Below are positions 9,005-18,655 of a DNA stretch of 64,000 nucleotides, piece after piece. Under the pieces are notes generated by a model that saw only the letters and a list, made by a program, of their open reading frames with translations, did not search any database and had not been told where the DNA came from. The stretch is from NCBI GenBank assembly GCA_963662465.1, contig OY759599.1, positions 4,608,001 through 4,672,000 on the forward strand. The letters run 5' to 3'. Position 1 is the stretch's first letter. Each line of letters starts with the position of its first letter. This DNA is from Desulfatiglandales bacterium (GTDB taxonomy: Bacteria > Desulfobacterota > DSM-4660 > Desulfatiglandales > Desulfatiglandaceae). The translations under genes and the position numbers were made by a program.

Positions 9005-11530
9005 GTGAAAATTAAAGCATATCTGCAAAATCAAGTTTTCTTGCCGCGGATAAGAAAAAACAGCGTCCTTGTTATCTATGATCCGGAAAAGATTTATCAT
9101 GACGTTTGTCTGGATTTGGCAACCGCTGCCATCGAAGTAATTGACGCCACCGACAGCAGTATTACCAGTCGGGAAAAGGCTTTAAATGCATTAAGAGAAC
9201 TCGGTCGCCCAAATGCGAATTTGGAAGGATTGCTCGTATATGTCCCGGCCCAGGCGCCGGAGACTGAAGAAGACAAACAGAAAGACCCATTTGCACTTTA
9301 TACGGTATGCGGCAGTGTGTTTCCGGATGGGGCCGGAGATGCCTACATGCACCTCTGCTTAAAAGCGAAACCCGATCACGCAACGGAAATCCGCCGCATC
9401 TTCAGCCAGGACCCGACCCCTTCTTTTGCGGTGATTGATGCGGTTGGCGGCGGCAAAGGGTGGCCGAATTTACAAGTGGCGTTAAACGTGGAATCGGCAA
9501 ACGATATCCTTTTTGCCCTTCTGGCACCGGCGGAGTTACAAAAGCAATCATTGGAAGCAAAAGAGGGCTGGGTGTCCGAAGCCAAAGACCTGTTTGCCGT
9601 GTGTTTGGGTTTAAAACTCCTCACGCGGGGCAAGACCTGGTCGAGCATAGCAGACGAACTCTGGCGATTTGTTCTATACAGTGAATTTGTTTTCGATTTG
9701 CCGGGAGATCTGCCGGAATCCCTGGCCAATGTTCCACGTGCAAATGAAGCCGCAAAACCGATTGTTGAAGATCTTTGCGAAAGGCTTCGAAATGACCACC
9801 GGGCCCAGACCACCTATATCCAGCGTGCCCAGGCCATTGAACAGGAACTTGAGCTACCGAGCCACTGCATATCCATTACTGACCTTGGCGTACGGGACAC
9901 CTTCCCTTTTGAAGAAAGGTCTTTTCTGAACCAAGGCATGGAGGCGATTAAAAACAATGATGCCGATGCCGCTCGATACATTTTGAATCAACATACCAAC
10001 AATGTATGGGCCGGTATCGGTGAAAGCCAGGTGCAATGGGGGCTTGTGGGGGCTGCCCTTGCATTATGTGAAGCATGCGATGATTTTGAACGTCAATTGC
10101 CGGATTACTCACGGAACATGGATGCCTTGATCGATTTTTATGTGAGCAGCCTGCGTGAAGTCGATAGGCTTCAAAGGGAATTTGAGCAATCCGTATCCGA
10201 CAGCATGGCCTCTGCTTCCTCGATGAATGAAATCATTGAAAAAGCCCGAAGCAAATACCGCAGCCTGTCATCAAGAGTACAGGACTTATTCATCCGTCAT
10301 GTGGAAAAAACCGGTTGGCCGCCTCTCGGAAGACTATCCAATGCAGACCTTTTTGACAGCAAAATAGCCCCCAAGCTTCAAGAAAGCGGTCATAAAGTCG
10401 CTTTTTTTATGATTGATTCACTCCGCTATGAGCTGGGGGTGGCTTTGGAACAGCAGCTGGCGGAAGACGACCCTGTTGAATTGATTGCTGCGATGGCACA
10501 ATTACCGAGTATCACATCCGTGGGTATGGCCAGTTTGCTGCCGGACGCAGGAAACAATCTTAAACTGACCAAAGAAGACAATAAAGTGACACCTTTTCTT
10601 GGGACTGCAAGAATCACATCCGTAAAACAACGCATGGATGTGATGCGAAATAGATACGGTCAGCGGTTTGAAGAAATGAAATTGGCAGAGTTTATTAAGC
10701 CCCGGAAAAAGATACAGCCCGATGTGGACCTTTTGGTTATTCGAAGCGTTGAAATTGATGCTTACCTGGAAACAGACCCGGAATTGACACTCCGGTTGAT
10801 TCAAGATGCCTTGAAACGAATTCGGGTGGCGATTCACAAATTAAAAGGCATGGGATTCCATGAGGTGGTGATTGCCACGGATCATGGGTTTTTCTTAAAT
10901 CCCCATACGGAAGCCGGAGACGTCTGCACAAAGCCAAACGGAGATTGGTTGTTTGTTCATGATCGCCTGGCATTGGGAAATGGTGTTTCAGACAGTGCCA
11001 ATTTTATATTATCTGCGAGTCATTTGGGGATGCGGGGGGATTTTGAAAAGGTCGCTGGTCCGCGCAGTTTAGTTGCCTATCGTGCGGGGGAGCTGTATTT
11101 CCACGGTGGCATTTCTTTGCAGGAATGCATTGTCCCGGTGATTACCATCCGCTTGAGTAAAGAACAGCCCAGAAAAGAAAAAGCCAGAATCAAAATATCC
11201 TATAAAACTGATGCCAAGCATATTACATCGCGATTCCCGGTCATTGATGTGGAATATGAAAAAAAGCAGATGGAAATGTTTGTTCAGGAAAATGAAATTG
11301 AACTGCTGCTTGAGGCCCATGATAAAAATAGCAATGTGGTGGGGGAAGCAAAAGCCGGCGGCATTGTCAATCCGGCAACCGGAACCATTACGATCAAGGC
11401 CGGGGAACGTCTGAAAGTAACATTGAAAATGCAGGAAGAGTATCACGGAAAATTCACCGTGAAGGCCATGAACCCGTCAACATTGGCAATCTTCGACAAA
11501 CTGGATTTAAAAACCGATTATGTGGTGTAG
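9005..11530 (+). CDS. pglZ: BREX phosphatase-domain protein PglZ
   Basis: 841 aa; IDSLRYELG, LPSITSVGMASLLP, ATDHGF and HGGISLQEC motifs. Confidence 0.92.
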   Translation: MKIKAYLQNQVFLPRIRKNSVLVIYDPEKIYHDVCLDLATAAIEVIDATDSSITSREKALNALRELGRPNANLEGLLVYVPAQAPETEEDKQKDPFALYTVCGSVFPDGAGDAYMHLCLKAKPDHATEIRRIFSQDPTPSFAVIDAVGGGKGWPNLQVALNVESANDILFALLAPAELQKQSLEAKEGWVSEAKDLFAVCLGLKLLTRGKTWSSIADELWRFVLYSEFVFDLPGDLPESLANVPRANEAAKPIVEDLCERLRNDHRAQTTYIQRAQAIEQELELPSHCISITDLGVRDTFPFEERSFLNQGMEAIKNNDADAARYILNQHTNNVWAGIGESQVQWGLVGAALALCEACDDFERQLPDYSRNMDALIDFYVSSLREVDRLQREFEQSVSDSMASASSMNEIIEKARSKYRSLSSRVQDLFIRHVEKTGWPPLGRLSNADLFDSKIAPKLQESGHKVAFFMIDSLRYELGVALEQQLAEDDPVELIAAMAQLPSITSVGMASLLPDAGNNLKLTKEDNKVTPFLGTARITSVKQRMDVMRNRYGQRFEEMKLAEFIKPRKKIQPDVDLLVIRSVEIDAYLETDPELTLRLIQDALKRIRVAIHKLKGMGFHEVVIATDHGFFLNPHTEAGDVCTKPNGDWLFVHDRLALGNGVSDSANFILSASHLGMRGDFEKVAGPRSLVAYRAGELYFHGGISLQECIVPVITIRLSKEQPRKEKARIKISYKTDAKHITSRFPVIDVEYEKKQMEMFVQENEIELLLEAHDKNSNVVGEAKAGGIVNPATGTITIKAGERLKVTLKMQEEYHGKFTVKAMNPSTLAIFDKLDLKTDYVV

Positions 11531-11533
11531 ATC

Positions 11534-13657
11534 ATGGATGAATTGGACAAGAAGTTAGGTTCTGTTTTTGAAGGCCGGATCGTCCGAAAAGACCTGTTGC
11601 ATCGAATCAAAAAGGGTACCAATGTCCCCACATTTGTGTTGGAGTTCTTGTTGGCGCGGTATTGTGCCAGTGATGAACCGGATGAAATCCAGGCAGGTAT
11701 GGAAGCTGTACTGGCAACGCTTCAGGATAATTATGTCAGACCCGATGAAGCCAATGCAGCCCAATCCAAAGTGGCAACCAATGGGAAGCATAAGTTTATC
11801 GACAAAGTACACGTTCGATATGTCGAGAAGGAAAAACGTCATTGGGCGTCTTTGGAAAATTTTAATTCCCAGCGCATTGCCATCGGCGAAAAATTTTATC
11901 GGGACAATGACCGGTTGCTGGAAGGCGGTATCTGGGCGGAAGTTACCGTTTCCTATAATGAATATGATGAGGATAACTATGCCTTTATCATTGATGATCT
12001 GCGCCCGATTCAATTGAGCCGATTCGATTTTGAACGATATGGTGAAGATCGGAAAAAACTTACGCGGGATGAGTGGCTGGATGTTATTTTGCGGTCCGTT
12101 GGATTAGAACCCTCTAAACTTTCACCCAGAATCAAATTTCATTACATTGCACGCCTTGCCCCGCTGGTACAGGCCAATTTTAATTTTATTGAACTGGGTC
12201 CCCGGGGGACCGGGAAATCATATTTCTTCAGTGAATTTTCACCTTATTCCACCTTGATCAGTGGCGGCCAATCAACAAAATCAGTCCTTTTCTATAATAA
12301 TGCCAGGAAAAAAATGGGATTGGTCGGCTTTTGGGATACTGTGGCGTTTGATGAAGTCGCAGGCATCAAAATTAAAGACCCGGATACCATCCAGATCATG
12401 AAGGATTATATGGCTAACGGGCGGTTTTCGCGCGGCGTGGAGGTGATTGCCGATGCCAGCATGGCCTTTGTCGGCAATATTGATCACTCCATAGAACAGA
12501 TTGTCAGATCCACCGAATATGATCTTTTCTTACCCCTGCCAAAGGAATTTGACCTGGCAATCATGGATCGTTTTGCCTGCTATCTGCCGGGATGGGAAAT
12601 CCCTAAAAACACATCCGCATATCTGACCAACAATTATGGATTCATCACAGATTACCTGGCTGAGGCCTTTCACTATCAATTAAAGCACCAAAACAAATAT
12701 GAAGTGGTGAACCATCGTGTTCGATTGGGCAAAGCCATTGAAGGCCGTGATGAAATCGGTATCAAGAAAACATTATGTGCGTTCTTAAAGATCCTTCATC
12801 CGATTGATGACCCCACGGACAAGGAGTTTGAAGAGTATGTGGCCTATGCAGTGGAGGCCCGGCGCAGAATAAAAGAACAGATGAACAAGCGGAAGCCCGA
12901 TGATGAATTTGCAAACATTAATCTTTCCTTTTTCACCGCAGATGGAAAAGAAATCATTGTTTATTGCCCTGAATCCAAAAACATCAAGGCTACCCAACAG
13001 CCTAAGCGCAAAAGCCTTGATATAGATTTTGACGATGAAGACGCCGGCGTTCAGGAAAAAGACCAGGTTGGTGCGGCAGAAAAAGCAAAGCCTGAAGAGG
13101 TGGAAACGCCTGCCGATATTTCAGAACCTGTAGCTGAGGAAAAGGATGATGAATCTAAGCCGGACCCAGAAATGCTCGATCTTAAAGAGCAGCATTATAC
13201 GATTTTTTATGGTGATATGGGTTTTAGCTATGAAACCATTATCGGGCCATATTTGAAAGGCGCAAAAGAAATCACCGTCGAAGACCCGTATATCCGTGTG
13301 ACGCACCAAATCCAGAATTTTATCCGCTTGTGCGAAACTATTGTTAAGCAAGCAACCATCCGCAAAATTAATCTCATCACCAGCTATGATGATAAAATAA
13401 ACATTTCCGAAATGCGGGATAGCCTGGAAGAACTCAAACAAAGCCTGCTTGAAATCGATATTCTTTTAGATATTAAACTGGACCCCAATATGCATGACCG
13501 GGAAATTCGAATCGACAACGGATGGGTCATCAAAATCGGCCGGGGTTTGGATTTTTATCAAAAACCCAGTTCCTGGTTTGAAATCGGTGTAAATGATCTG
13601 TCTTTACGCAAATGCCTTGAGACAAAGGTTGATATTTATAAGGCAGATAAGAATTGA
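11534..13657 (+). CDS. brxL: BrxL-family ATPase with C-terminal MIT_C (PLD-like) domain
   Basis: ELGPRGTGKS and VAFDEV motifs; C-terminus EDPYIR..HQ..NF and HDREIR.DNGW.IKIGRGLD; no Lon protease domain visible. Confidence 0.88.
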   Translation: MDELDKKLGSVFEGRIVRKDLLHRIKKGTNVPTFVLEFLLARYCASDEPDEIQAGMEAVLATLQDNYVRPDEANAAQSKVATNGKHKFIDKVHVRYVEKEKRHWASLENFNSQRIAIGEKFYRDNDRLLEGGIWAEVTVSYNEYDEDNYAFIIDDLRPIQLSRFDFERYGEDRKKLTRDEWLDVILRSVGLEPSKLSPRIKFHYIARLAPLVQANFNFIELGPRGTGKSYFFSEFSPYSTLISGGQSTKSVLFYNNARKKMGLVGFWDTVAFDEVAGIKIKDPDTIQIMKDYMANGRFSRGVEVIADASMAFVGNIDHSIEQIVRSTEYDLFLPLPKEFDLAIMDRFACYLPGWEIPKNTSAYLTNNYGFITDYLAEAFHYQLKHQNKYEVVNHRVRLGKAIEGRDEIGIKKTLCAFLKILHPIDDPTDKEFEEYVAYAVEARRRIKEQMNKRKPDDEFANINLSFFTADGKEIIVYCPESKNIKATQQPKRKSLDIDFDDEDAGVQEKDQVGAAEKAKPEEVETPADISEPVAEEKDDESKPDPEMLDLKEQHYTIFYGDMGFSYETIIGPYLKGAKEITVEDPYIRVTHQIQNFIRLCETIVKQATIRKINLITSYDDKINISEMRDSLEELKQSLLEIDILLDIKLDPNMHDREIRIDNGWVIKIGRGLDFYQKPSSWFEIGVNDLSLRKCLETKVDIYKADKN

Positions 13658-13687
13658 TTTTGATGAGACATCAGCTCCGAGTTATTG

Positions 13688-14275
13688 AATAGGACATATG
13701 AAAGGGTTAAGTCTGCCGTTGACTCTTGGTCCTTATCACCGGGAAGTTTATGAATCAGATGTCGTTGGGGAGTCCGTTGATAGTACGGACGCGGTTTAAT
13801 TCCCGATTAAACCGTGAGGCCAACATTAGGGATTATCACTCTGGGTAAGACCTTCCCGTCGCTCCCATCGAACGGGATTGCCAGAGGTAGGTTGCTCGAT
13901 ACACCGCAAGGTGGTCGGGAGAAGGGCCTGAGGCCGGGGGTCAGACCCGTTTTTCTCCCTGGAGGGGAGGATTAGGCCGAGGTGGCGTGCATGTTGGGGG
14001 AGGGGTTGCTAATTCTCTGCACCCCGTTGACCGAAAGTCATCTGAGTCATGAGTATGCGGGTATAACTCATGGTGGGCATGCATAGGTGTTAGGTATGGG
14101 GAGGATCTGAAAGGCACGGATAGGTGACCGAGGGAAGCCTTATAGCGCCCTGCGCATCAAAGTGACACACGATGTGTAGTAGGTTTTGGGAGACCGAAGG
14201 TTCTATGAGGTGGCAGCGCAGCCGTAAGGGCTGCACCGGTGATGCCCAGGATGAGATCGGTGGAGGGAAAAGGAA
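13688..14275 (+). ncRNA. Candidate large structured RNA (possibly group II intron D1-D3-like remnant)
   Basis: More than 10 stems, including 13702-13727, 13772-13790, 13791-13815, 13839-13886, 13902-13913 (GCAA loop), 13987-14084, 14048-14072 and 14218-14234. G-U pairs point to the + strand; no credible ORF. Confidence 0.55.
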
Positions 14276-14279
14276 GAAC

Positions 14280-14396
14280 ATGAAGTGCCGGTCATGTGGC
14301 CACAGATTCGCCGGAGAATTCTACGAAAGCTGCCCGGAGTGCTACAGTGTCAACACCGAAGGCACCGCCGATGAGAAGTACGATGGGTATCGGTGA
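14280..14396 (+). CDS. Small putative zinc-ribbon protein (38 aa)
   Basis: MKCRSCGHRFAGEFYESCPECY (CxxC-x11-CxxC); purine-rich RBS upstream. Confidence 0.45.
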   Translation: MKCRSCGHRFAGEFYESCPECYSVNTEGTADEKYDGYR

Positions 14397-15273
14397 TAAA
14401 ACGGATGAATTCAAACTGGGAATATCTTGACAATATAGCCAGGGATTTGTTTCCACTAAAATGCTGTAATACTTAATGAATATAACAAAAAGTGGCAGTT
14501 TGGCCGGCGACAAGGCATTAAGAAAAAGTCAGAAAAAACAGGTAAAGTCGAAAAATGAGAATAAGCAAGAAAAAAGAGGGACAAGAAATAGAGAGAGTTC
14601 AAAAATCAATATATTTGAAATCATAAAAACAGATTTTTTTCATGTCTTTTTGGGAATTAGGATGAAAAGTCTGGTGTCGTTATCTGTAAAGTGAGAGCAG
14701 CCGCTCGAAAGTGGCAAGAATGAAGAAAATTTTTGGTTTTGTTAGAGCCCTAAGAGCCCAAAAGGCGACGGCTTAATAGGGTTTGCATATCTCTACGCCC
14801 ATCAACAATCAATAAAATGTAGACATTGATTTCCATTATTCTGTAAATGATACGATACGGCTTAAAGAAGATTTCACGGTATTCGCGAATTCCCAATGCG
14901 GCCAATTCCGGAGGATATACACCTCACAGGGGAGAGTCAGACAAACTAACGAGTGCCGCTTCGATTTTTTCTAGAATATGATTCGCGCTATTCTGTGTGT
15001 CATGCCGCGCTATGTAGTCATAGATTTCTTCCAGGTCACGTGCAGCGTGTTCAGTCATCAGGACTTCGAAAGGCATCAACGATTTCTCCGGTTCTGACGA
15101 AGCCGTTTGACTACATCGGTGGCAGGTTCTACTTTGCCATATTCTATCTGCTGATTTCCAAGGGCTAGGATTTTCAGCAAAGCCATGGTTTCCTGGGTTT
15201 GCTCATAGAAGGTACAACCCTATGGTTTATCCTCTGAACCCGAATACCGGAAGACCCGGTTGCGGCAATCTCC

Positions 15274-15648
15274 TTACACTTCCTTTTCCCGGCAGCTTTT
15301 CAAAACCCGCGCCACCGCCGCTGTGAAACTCTTCCGGTCAAAGGGCTTTTCCATCCATTCCGTTTGCGTCACACGCATTTCGGCAATCCGCGGCTCGCCG
15401 CTTTGAAGGACCACATCAAGTTCCGTGGTCTCCACGTCCACGAGGGGAAACCCGAAAAACGATCCGACAATGAAACCGGGATCCCGGCCGAAAAGGGTTT
15501 CAGCAGCCGGGTTCACCAGACGAACGATGCCCTCCGCATCCGCAACGATTATGGCATCGCTGTTGTTGAATATGACCTGTGCCAGTTGACGTTCGCCGGC
15601 CCTGAGGGTCATGGTTTCCACATCTTGACGGGTGATATCGGTCATCAT
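15274..15648 (-). pseudogene. PAS domain fused to a receiver C-terminal remnant; probable internally deleted hybrid kinase
   Basis: PAS (DAIIVAD.EG.VRLVNPAAE.LFG..FGFP..EMRV...W) joined directly to KPF...AV.RVL, the last elements of a REC domain. Confidence 0.6.
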
Positions 15649-15664
15649 ATGTAACGCTTCCCTA

Positions 15665-17179
15665 TTATTTAAAAAGCTCTTTGACCCGGTCTATTTCTTC
15701 CGGTGCGGAAAAAACAGGATGGCCCGAGAGGATTCCGGTCACATTGCTGAAGGATTTCCCGATATGCATGCCTTCGCCGTCGATGTTGAATTCCCGGATA
15801 TCCTTGTCGTGCATGGAGCCCCGCATCTTGAGCGCCGTGATCCCGCGGCGCATCTCTCCGAACATCTCCACGTACCGAAGCAGGATAATCGTGTCGGTAA
15901 TGGTGGAGATGTGCGCCTCCGTCACCGACGTTCCCCCCATGAGTTCGCCGGTGGTGGATGTGAAGAGCCCCGCAACCTCCTGATGCTTGATAAAGGAGGT
16001 GAGGGCGATGACGAATTCCCGAAATCCCTTGATGGTGGAGACGCGCTCCAGGGCCGAAAGGCTGTCTACGATCACCCGGTGGGGTTTGAACTCCCGGATG
16101 ATGCTCTTGATGATGATCAGATGATCCTCCAGGCCTTCCGCTTCCGGATACCGGCATACCACCTTGAGTGTGCCGTCATTCTCCATCTGTTCAAAGTCTA
16201 TGCCCCAGCCGGTGGCATTTCTGAAAAGCTGCTCCCGGCTCTCCTCAAAGGCCAATATGAGCGCCTTCTGATTGTTTTTCGCCGCTTCCGCCGCAAACCC
16301 GGCGGAAAGCATGGTCTTTCCACATCCCGTGGCGCCGGATACCAGAATGATGGAGTCCCGAAAAAACCCGCCGCCGCACATCTTGTCCAGATCGGCGTTT
16401 CCGGAGCTGATACGGACGGTGGAAGAGCGCTGTTTCAATTCAATCCCCGATAGCGGTATGGCGACGATGCCGGTGTTCTTGATCACCGTAAACGGGTACT
16501 CTCCCTTCTGGTGGCTGGTGCCGCGGAATTTGAGGATCTCCATGGTGCGGCGGCGCTTTTCCGCCTCCAGAACATTGCGCAGGATGATCACGTTGTCGGC
16601 CACGAATTCCTCGATGCCGAACCGTGCGATAGCGCCATACTCCTCCGTGCGCTCCGCCGTGATGATAGCCGTCACGCCCATCTGTTTCACCGCGGCGGCT
16701 ATTTTGAAGAGTTCGTTGCGCACCATGCCCGCGTCGCTGAACCTCCCGAAGATCGATCCGATGGAATCCATGCTGACCCGCCTGGCGCCAATCTTTCCAA
16801 CAGCATATTCGATACGGGCCAGGAGGGCGCCAAGGTCATATTCTCCGGCAATGACGTGATCTTCTCCCACCACAGGAGAGGCATCCACAAAGGCCCACTT
16901 CCCTTCCAGCTCCCACTTTGCCACATCCCAGCCCAGAGAAATCACGTTCTTTCGGATATCATCGGGCGGTTCCTCGAAGGTGATAAAAACCCCCGGTTCT
17001 TCCTTTTTGAGGATCCCTTCGGAAAGAAACTGGACCGCAAACACCGTCTTGGCGCTTCCCGATGTGCCGGCGATGAGGGTGGTCCGCCCCTTCGGGAGCC
17101 CCCCTTCACTGATCATGTCGAATCCTTCAATGCCGGTCTCAATTTTCTCGATGCCTATGATTTTTTCCATCTCAGTCAT
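15665..17179 (-). CDS. kaiC: Circadian clock ATPase/kinase KaiC (double domain)
   Basis: Two RecA domains ([19 protein letters not shown] in both), [11 protein letters not shown] phosphosite motif, KMRGS.HDK, ILSG.P A-loop-like tail. Confidence 0.97.
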   Translation of the reverse strand: MTEMEKIIGIEKIETGIEGFDMISEGGLPKGRTTLIAGTSGSAKTVFAVQFLSEGILKKEEPGVFITFEEPPDDIRKNVISLGWDVAKWELEGKWAFVDASPVVGEDHVIAGEYDLGALLARIEYAVGKIGARRVSMDSIGSIFGRFSDAGMVRNELFKIAAAVKQMGVTAIITAERTEEYGAIARFGIEEFVADNVIILRNVLEAEKRRRTMEILKFRGTSHQKGEYPFTVIKNTGIVAIPLSGIELKQRSSTVRISSGNADLDKMCGGGFFRDSIILVSGATGCGKTMLSAGFAAEAAKNNQKALILAFEESREQLFRNATGWGIDFEQMENDGTLKVVCRYPEAEGLEDHLIIIKSIIREFKPHRVIVDSLSALERVSTIKGFREFVIALTSFIKHQEVAGLFTSTTGELMGGTSVTEAHISTITDTIILLRYVEMFGEMRRGITALKMRGSMHDKDIREFNIDGEGMHIGKSFSNVTGILSGHPVFSAPEEIDRVKELFK

Positions 17180-17484
17180 GCTTGATCTCCTTTCCCTTGA
17201 TTGTCGTCCGTCACGGGGGAGAGATCCAGTCCGAGGAGAACCTTCTCCGAATTGGAGAGATCGCCGATGATCCGCCTGAGCGGGGGCGGCAGGTCTTTGA
17301 TCAGGGTCGGCGTGGCGAGTATTTTTTCATTTTCCGCCAGCTGTGGACTCTCTAGTACATCAATGATCTGGAGATCGTAGAGATCTTTCAAATCCCGCTC
17401 GCAAATCTTCTGCAAATTTGAGATGGCGCGCTCTGATCTCGGCGTTTTCCCGGTGATATAAAGGCGCAACTTGAATTTGTTCAT
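17176..17484 (-). CDS. kaiB: Circadian clock protein KaiB
   Basis: [36 protein letters not shown]; overlaps the kaiC start. Confidence 0.97.
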   Translation of the reverse strand: MNKFKLRLYITGKTPRSERAISNLQKICERDLKDLYDLQIIDVLESPQLAENEKILATPTLIKDLPPPLRRIIGDLSNSEKVLLGLDLSPVTDDNQGKGDQA

Positions 17485-17503
17485 TTTTCCCTCCGATAAA
17501 TGA

Positions 17504-18610
17504 TTATGATGGCTGTTCTGTTATTGTTTTTGGATTTGTAGAGATGCCGGCGCCCTGGGCACGGTTTCGATAAAATGACACCAGATGCCCCATAAGTTCA
17601 AGCACCATGATCCATCCTTCCCCGGTATAGGCCTTTTTCTTTTCAGCGGTAGCGGTTTCCCGGGCCTTCTCTTTGAGGGCGGTGGTGTGAATATCAACGA
17701 TATCACGGGGCCCTGCCTTGTAAAACCCCAGGCTTTCAGCCATTGAGGAGAGGCGCCCGGATATATCATGTTTTACTTTGAAGGCCTGCTGATCCAGGGC
17801 CAGATCCATCAGCGCTTTATAGCCGTCCACCAGATGGCGGAAGGTATCGGGAAACCCCTCCATCAGGGTCATTGTACCGTACATTTTGGCGGTGACACCG
17901 GTTTGGGGAGGAGAAGAAAGCGTGGCCAGGGAACGCAATTCCTTCTCCCGTCGTTCTCGATCCTTCGCCTGCTCCAACGCCGCATGAGTTCTCTTTAGTT
18001 GCTCCGCCTTCTCTTCCAACTCCCGGGTACGCGCTTCCACCAGTTCTTCCAGATGCCGGCGGTGCCCATCCAGTTCCTCCCGAACTTCGCTCAGATCACG
18101 GTTTTTCTGAATGGCGTCTTCATATCCGGAAAGGAGAAGGTTCAACATCTGCCTGCGACTTGCATATATGACTCGCCGCTCGTCCCCCACGGCCAGGTCC
18201 AGACCCCCTTCGGAATCCATTTCCCTTTGCAGCGGATGCCACTGGAGAATCGACGCTACTTTTGCGAGCAATTCCCCTTCTTGATACGGTTTAGTCAGGA
18301 AATAGTCCGCCATCACTTCAAGGGCACGAATAACGTCCGTTACGTTGGATAGCACCGTAAGCAGTACCACCGGAACTTCTCTTAAGGCATCATCGCCCTT
18401 GATGGCCTCGCACATCTCATATCCGTCCATCACCGGCATCTGAACATCGGACAGAATCAGATCGGGTCGGTCCTTTCGAGCCGCGGCAAGCCCTTCGCTG
18501 CCGTTTACCGCCACCCGGACCCCATAACTGTGCTCCCTGAGCAAGGCCTTGAGCAACATGGCCTGGGTCGGGCTGTCTTCAACGATCAGAATTTGGGGGA
18601 CTTCTTTCAT
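17504..18610 (-). CDS. Response regulator with C-terminal KaiA/RsbU_N-like helical domain (KaiA3-like)
   Basis: REC (D55, KP), coiled coil, then PRDIVDIH...[13 protein letters not shown], similar to the KaiA C-terminal helices; immediately upstream of kaiB. Confidence 0.75.
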   Translation of the reverse strand: MKEVPQILIVEDSPTQAMLLKALLREHSYGVRVAVNGSEGLAAARKDRPDLILSDVQMPVMDGYEMCEAIKGDDALREVPVVLLTVLSNVTDVIRALEVMADYFLTKPYQEGELLAKVASILQWHPLQREMDSEGGLDLAVGDERRVIYASRRQMLNLLLSGYEDAIQKNRDLSEVREELDGHRRHLEELVEARTRELEEKAEQLKRTHAALEQAKDRERREKELRSLATLSSPPQTGVTAKMYGTMTLMEGFPDTFRHLVDGYKALMDLALDQQAFKVKHDISGRLSSMAESLGFYKAGPRDIVDIHTTALKEKARETATAEKKKAYTGEGWIMVLELMGHLVSFYRNRAQGAGISTNPKTITEQPS

Positions 18611-18627
18611 GCCCGCTTCCTCTTTTG

Positions 18628-18655
18628 GATTGTTGATTGTCGATTGTTGATTGTT
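18628..18655. repeat. Heptamer tandem repeat (GATTGTT)x4
   Basis: gattgtt gattgtc gattgtt gattgtt. Confidence 0.85.

Noticed and set aside
13688..14720. Complete group II intron
   Set aside because: No RT/maturase ORF, GUGYG start or domain V/VI was found; the hairpin near 14700 does not match domain V.
14476..15168. ORFs 14476-14694 and 14953-15168
   Set aside because: Low-complexity or motif-free translations in an AT-rich intergenic region.
15177..15203. c-di-GMP riboswitch-like GCAAAC..GAAA
   Set aside because: Explained by a simple inverted repeat (AGCAAA..TTTGCT); the second stem is absent.
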